A stretch of 17,506 bases of DNA from an uncultured bacterium. Lineage in GTDB: Bacteria > Macinerneyibacteriota > Macinerneyibacteria > Macinerneyibacteriales > DSCS01. The notes beneath the pieces are model-generated. The model saw only the letters and a list, made by a program, of their open reading frames with translations. It searched no databases and had not been told where the DNA came from. A program made the translations under genes and the position numbers. The stretch covers positions 1 to 17,506 of the forward strand of contig CAZJQC010000026.1 in the NCBI GenBank assembly GCA_964548195.1, written 5' to 3'. This document shows positions 14,080 through 17,506 of this stretch, piece by piece (the stretch's first letter is position 1; the number at the start of each line of letters is the position of its first letter).

Positions 14080-14835
14080 TCACTGTGCCCTTGTTTCGGC
14101 GAAGGGAAAGGCCATTGCTTTTCCTTCAGCCTTGTATATAAGTCTTATGTTGGTGATATATTCGGGCAAACTGAAATAAATCTTTTTTCCTTTCACGGAC
14201 ATGCCCGGCTTCAGGGTCTCTCTGAATAGAGCTGTATCGCGGAACTCCTCCGCAGCGGCAGTGAGGTCCCTTATTTCACCGGCTTCCTCGATATTGTCCA
14301 CCTGGTTTTTCAGTTCCCGCTGGCTGTATTTTTCGTTCTTTTCATCGATCTTACTTTGTTCATCCTCGTTGCGGGCGGCCAGTGTGTCTATAAGGCTTCC
14401 CGTGGCATGTATCAGTCCTGACACGGATTCTCTGTCTTTCTTTTTTTTCAACGCCATGTCTTTGCTGCTTATTATGTTTGCGTATGAGTCGGCTGTCTTA
14501 TACGGGTCGACGGGGTGGAGGTCTGTCACCTCGTCAAGTTCCCTGTAGAACTTAGTCTGATAATAATCAGCGTCTATCATAAAATCAGAAAATGCGACTT
14601 CAATGGACTGCGCCCCCATGTTTTCCGCGTCGATGGTAAAAACCGCCACTCCGCCGGGGCTCACTTCGGAATGAAGCGTCAAACGAAGGCCGCTGTCTTC
14701 AGCCGTCACCAGGGCATGGCCGTTTGTATAAATGATGTCCTCATCCAGGGGTTCCAGCCGTGTGATATTATGTTTTGCCGAAGTACATGCCGCCAGGGCT
14801 ATAACCACGAAGAGAACGGGTGCGATTTTTTTCAT
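14080..14835 (-). CDS. Hypothetical lipoprotein
   Basis: MKKIAPVLFVVIALAAC lipobox; AAGGAGGT RBS; charged helical central region. Confidence 0.8.
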   Translation of the reverse strand: MKKIAPVLFVVIALAACTSAKHNITRLEPLDEDIIYTNGHALVTAEDSGLRLTLHSEVSPGGVAVFTIDAENMGAQSIEVAFSDFMIDADYYQTKFYRELDEVTDLHPVDPYKTADSYANIISSKDMALKKKKDRESVSGLIHATGSLIDTLAARNEDEQSKIDEKNEKYSQRELKNQVDNIEEAGEIRDLTAAAEEFRDTALFRETLKPGMSVKGKKIYFSLPEYITNIRLIYKAEGKAMAFPFAETRAQ

Positions 14836-14949
14836 GTGACCTCCTTTTTATATTTTAACAAACAAACGGAATGGCGGTTCCCTGTTTTTTCATTTCTTTG
14901 CATTGAGGATTTATAATATCTGACTATAATAAAGCGTGGAGGTTGACGT

Positions 14950-15945
14950 ATGAAGTGTTATCTTGTCGCGGGTGGCGCGGGTTATATAGGTTCCAATTTT
15001 GTCAAGTATCTTATGGAGAACACTGATGCAGAGGCGGTGATACTGGATAACCTTTCAACAGGTTTCAAGTCATCGGTGGACACCCTTGCCGGCAGATACG
15101 GAAAAAGGCTGCGTTTCCTGAAAGCGGACATAGGCGACCCCGGTGCGCTCCATCCGTTTTTGCACAAGAACGTTATAGACGGCGTGTTTCATTTTGCCGC
15201 CTACAGCCTGGTGGGTGAATCGCAGTCAGACCCTTTGAAATACTACAACAACAACGTGTCCGGTACGATAAGGTTTCTTAAGACTCTTACCGAGCACGGC
15301 ATCTCGCGCATGGTGTTTTCCTCTTCCGCGGCCGTATACGGCGTGCCTGAATCGGTTCCTATAGATGAGAGCGCTCCCCGAGTCCCGGTCAACCATTACG
15401 GCGCGACCAAGGCTATGATCGAGGACGTGCTCAAGGCTTTGTCCGAAACAGAGGATTTTCATTATGCGGCGCTGCGCTACTTCAATGTCGCGGGCACGGA
15501 TCCCGAAGCGGATGTGGGGGAGATGCATGACCCGGAGACGCATCTGGTGCCCATAGCGGTCAGGACCGCGCTGGGGAGACGGAAGAGATTGTCTGTGTTC
15601 GGCACGGATTACGACACGGCCGACGGCACCTGCATACGCGACTACATACATGTCACCGACCTGTGTGAAGCGCATCTTTCCGCGATGGATCACATAGAAC
15701 GGCATGATGACAGCCCCGTGCTGAATATAGGCAGCAGATGCGGTTATTCGGTGCGCGAGGTGATAGACGCGGTGGAAAAGGTGACCGGTTCCGCCGTGGC
15801 GGTGACCGAGGACGGCCGGCGGCCTGGTGATCCGCCTGTACTGATAGCCTCCTGTTCGGCAGTGAAGAAGCTTTTGAAATGGGAGCCGTCAAGGGATCTG
15901 GAAGAGATGGTCCGCGACGCGGTGCGGTGGGAAAAGAAACGGTGA
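14950..15945 (+). CDS. galE: UDP-glucose 4-epimerase
   Basis: GGAGYIGS, HFAAYSLVGES, YGATK, LRYFNVAG and DGTCIRDYIHV motifs. Confidence 0.96.
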   Translation: MKCYLVAGGAGYIGSNFVKYLMENTDAEAVILDNLSTGFKSSVDTLAGRYGKRLRFLKADIGDPGALHPFLHKNVIDGVFHFAAYSLVGESQSDPLKYYNNNVSGTIRFLKTLTEHGISRMVFSSSAAVYGVPESVPIDESAPRVPVNHYGATKAMIEDVLKALSETEDFHYAALRYFNVAGTDPEADVGEMHDPETHLVPIAVRTALGRRKRLSVFGTDYDTADGTCIRDYIHVTDLCEAHLSAMDHIERHDDSPVLNIGSRCGYSVREVIDAVEKVTGSAVAVTEDGRRPGDPPVLIASCSAVKKLLKWEPSRDLEEMVRDAVRWEKKR

Positions 15946-15956
15946 CGTGAGCACGT

Positions 15957-17369
15957 ATGAAAAAAAAGATCACAATAACGAGGCATTATTTTTTTCTTTT
16001 TAGTGTTTTGGCGATACTGGCCTCGATAATATTTGTGCGGGCCATTATGAGGGAGTCGCTCTTTACAAACGCCTTTTGGTTCGATTTTGCCTCCTACGCG
16101 GCCACCTGGAACGTGATACTGTATTTTATGCATTTCTTCAAGATGCAGCTTTTGGATCTTTCCCGAAAATTTCTGCGCATTTCCGCATATGCGTCACTTT
16201 TGTCATTTGCCGTGACCATGGTATTCAGGGTGCTTGAAACCGGGACGCTGAGAGGCTGGCCGGTCAATGGCTTGAAAAATGTGATGATATTGGCTGTTCT
16301 GAGCCTGTTTGGCTTTTTTGCCGAGTTTGTTATCTCCGGCAGACACGGAAACAAAGTGGTGATAGTCGGGGGCGGGTTCACGGGCCGTTCCGTCGCGAGG
16401 GAAATAATAAACAGCAGGATGCTCAGGCTTGAGATAGCGGGGTATTTCAGTGACTCCGCGATCGATGACATGGTCATATGCAAAGGCGACGAGGTGCTGG
16501 AAGAACCGGAAAGCATTATAGGAACAGTAAAGTTCCTGGGCAGTGAAAAGGAAATATACGACAAGACATTGGCCGCGAGAGCGCGTTTTCTGATTGTCGC
16601 GAAGGACAAACGCCTTAATAAAATGGTAATGAAGGCAATCAATAAATTGAAGGAAGCGGGCGTTAAGACCTATTATGTGGATGAGATGTTCGAGATGCTG
16701 TCGGGCAGGCTGCCTGTAAGGCATCTGGAAAAGGATTATTTTTATTATATTTTCAGAGAGATAGAGAAAAGGGAGGACGAGGTCTCGCTGTATGCTTTTT
16801 TAAACAGGGCCTTCAACCTTGTTTTCGCAATAGCGGCCCTCGTACTGGTCTCTCCCCTGATGCTTGCCACAACGGTACTGGTGAAGCTCACGTCAAGGGG
16901 GCCTGTGTTTTTCCGCCAGAGGCGCATAGGAAAAGGCGGGCGGCCTTTCACTCTGTACAAGTTCAGGAGCATGGTCTCGCATGATCCCGAAAAATATTCC
17001 AGGTATTCCGGTGAAAACGATTCCAGGATCACCGGTTTCGGGAAGATCATCAGAAAGCTGAGGATAGACGAACTCCCGCAGTTTATTAACATCATCAAGG
17101 GTGATATGAACCTTGTGGGGCCGCGGGCCGAATGGGATGTGCTTGTGGCGGAGTATGAAAAGAAAATACCGTTTTATCATCAGCGTCATATTGTGAGGCC
17201 GGGCATAACGGGATGGGCACAGACAAATTATTCCTATGGGGCCAATTCGACCGATGCTTTGTACAAGCTTCAGTATGACCTCTATTATATTAAGAACCGT
17301 TCTTTCAGGCTGGATTTCCGCATAATGGCCAGAACAGTCTTTATCATGCTGTCATGCAAAGGTGTCTGA
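15957..17369 (+). CDS. Polyprenyl-phosphate priming sugar transferase (WcaJ/WbaP-type)
   Basis: N-terminal TMs, Rossmann-like VVIVGGG segment, and YKFRSM, IDELPQFINIIKGDMNLVGPR, RPGITGWAQ and YDLYYIKN motifs. Confidence 0.93.
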   Translation: MKKKITITRHYFFLFSVLAILASIIFVRAIMRESLFTNAFWFDFASYAATWNVILYFMHFFKMQLLDLSRKFLRISAYASLLSFAVTMVFRVLETGTLRGWPVNGLKNVMILAVLSLFGFFAEFVISGRHGNKVVIVGGGFTGRSVAREIINSRMLRLEIAGYFSDSAIDDMVICKGDEVLEEPESIIGTVKFLGSEKEIYDKTLAARARFLIVAKDKRLNKMVMKAINKLKEAGVKTYYVDEMFEMLSGRLPVRHLEKDYFYYIFREIEKREDEVSLYAFLNRAFNLVFAIAALVLVSPLMLATTVLVKLTSRGPVFFRQRRIGKGGRPFTLYKFRSMVSHDPEKYSRYSGENDSRITGFGKIIRKLRIDELPQFINIIKGDMNLVGPRAEWDVLVAEYEKKIPFYHQRHIVRPGITGWAQTNYSYGANSTDALYKLQYDLYYIKNRSFRLDFRIMARTVFIMLSCKGV

Positions 17370-17445
17370 CAAATATCACCATTTCCATAATGTTTACATA
17401 ATTGTGCCGTATATTGATTACATGAAGCGAAACGGAGGTATGATT

Positions 17446-17506
17446 ATGAAAAGATTATTGGTAATGGTTTTGGCTTTGGCCTTTGTCGCGGGCAGTGTGC
17501 TCGCTT
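17446..17506 (+). CDS. Start of a secreted protein (partial): MKRLLVMVLALAFVAGSVLA
   Basis: GGAGG RBS at 17434-17438; classic Sec signal peptide; runs off the window. Confidence 0.75.
   Translation, partial: MKRLLVMVLALAFVAGSVLA

Noticed and set aside
1840..17189. Many antisense and alternate-frame ORFs of 60-190 aa
   Set aside because: They overlap well-supported genes and have no recognisable motifs or RBS; shadow ORFs.
1..17506. CRISPR array, integron attC sites, IS/transposase, tRNA or rRNA
   Set aside because: No regularly spaced repeats, attC-like cores, transposase motifs or structural RNA signatures were seen by eye.

Overview
Bacterial chromosomal window in two parts. The left part (1-7691) is an accessory region. 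An AT-rich segment (1 to ~1520) holds a small ORF missing from the supplied track (120-284) that encodes a double-glycine-leader, class II bacteriocin-like peptide. It is followed by two CPBP/Abi membrane proteases, the second lacking most catalytic residues, and a relic of a peptidase-containing ABC transporter (PCAT) that stops just after the C39 catalytic Cys. Next come three tandem beta-propeller-type lipoproteins with a G[KR]GPGE motif, a GNAT, two paralogous small membrane proteins and a fourth propeller lipoprotein. Both propeller loci are preceded by the same triple 9-bp direct repeat at 20-21 bp period, resembling LytTR-family binding sites. The right part holds a PadR regulator with a FabX/nitronate-monooxygenase-family flavoprotein, a YhcH-family protein, a SAM methyltransferase, a secreted hypothetical protein, a nitroreductase, an Asp/Glu racemase, a V4R/DUF6144-like protein, a lipoprotein, galE, a priming sugar transferase and the start of a secreted protein. 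All family calls come from motifs recognised by eye; no searches were run.
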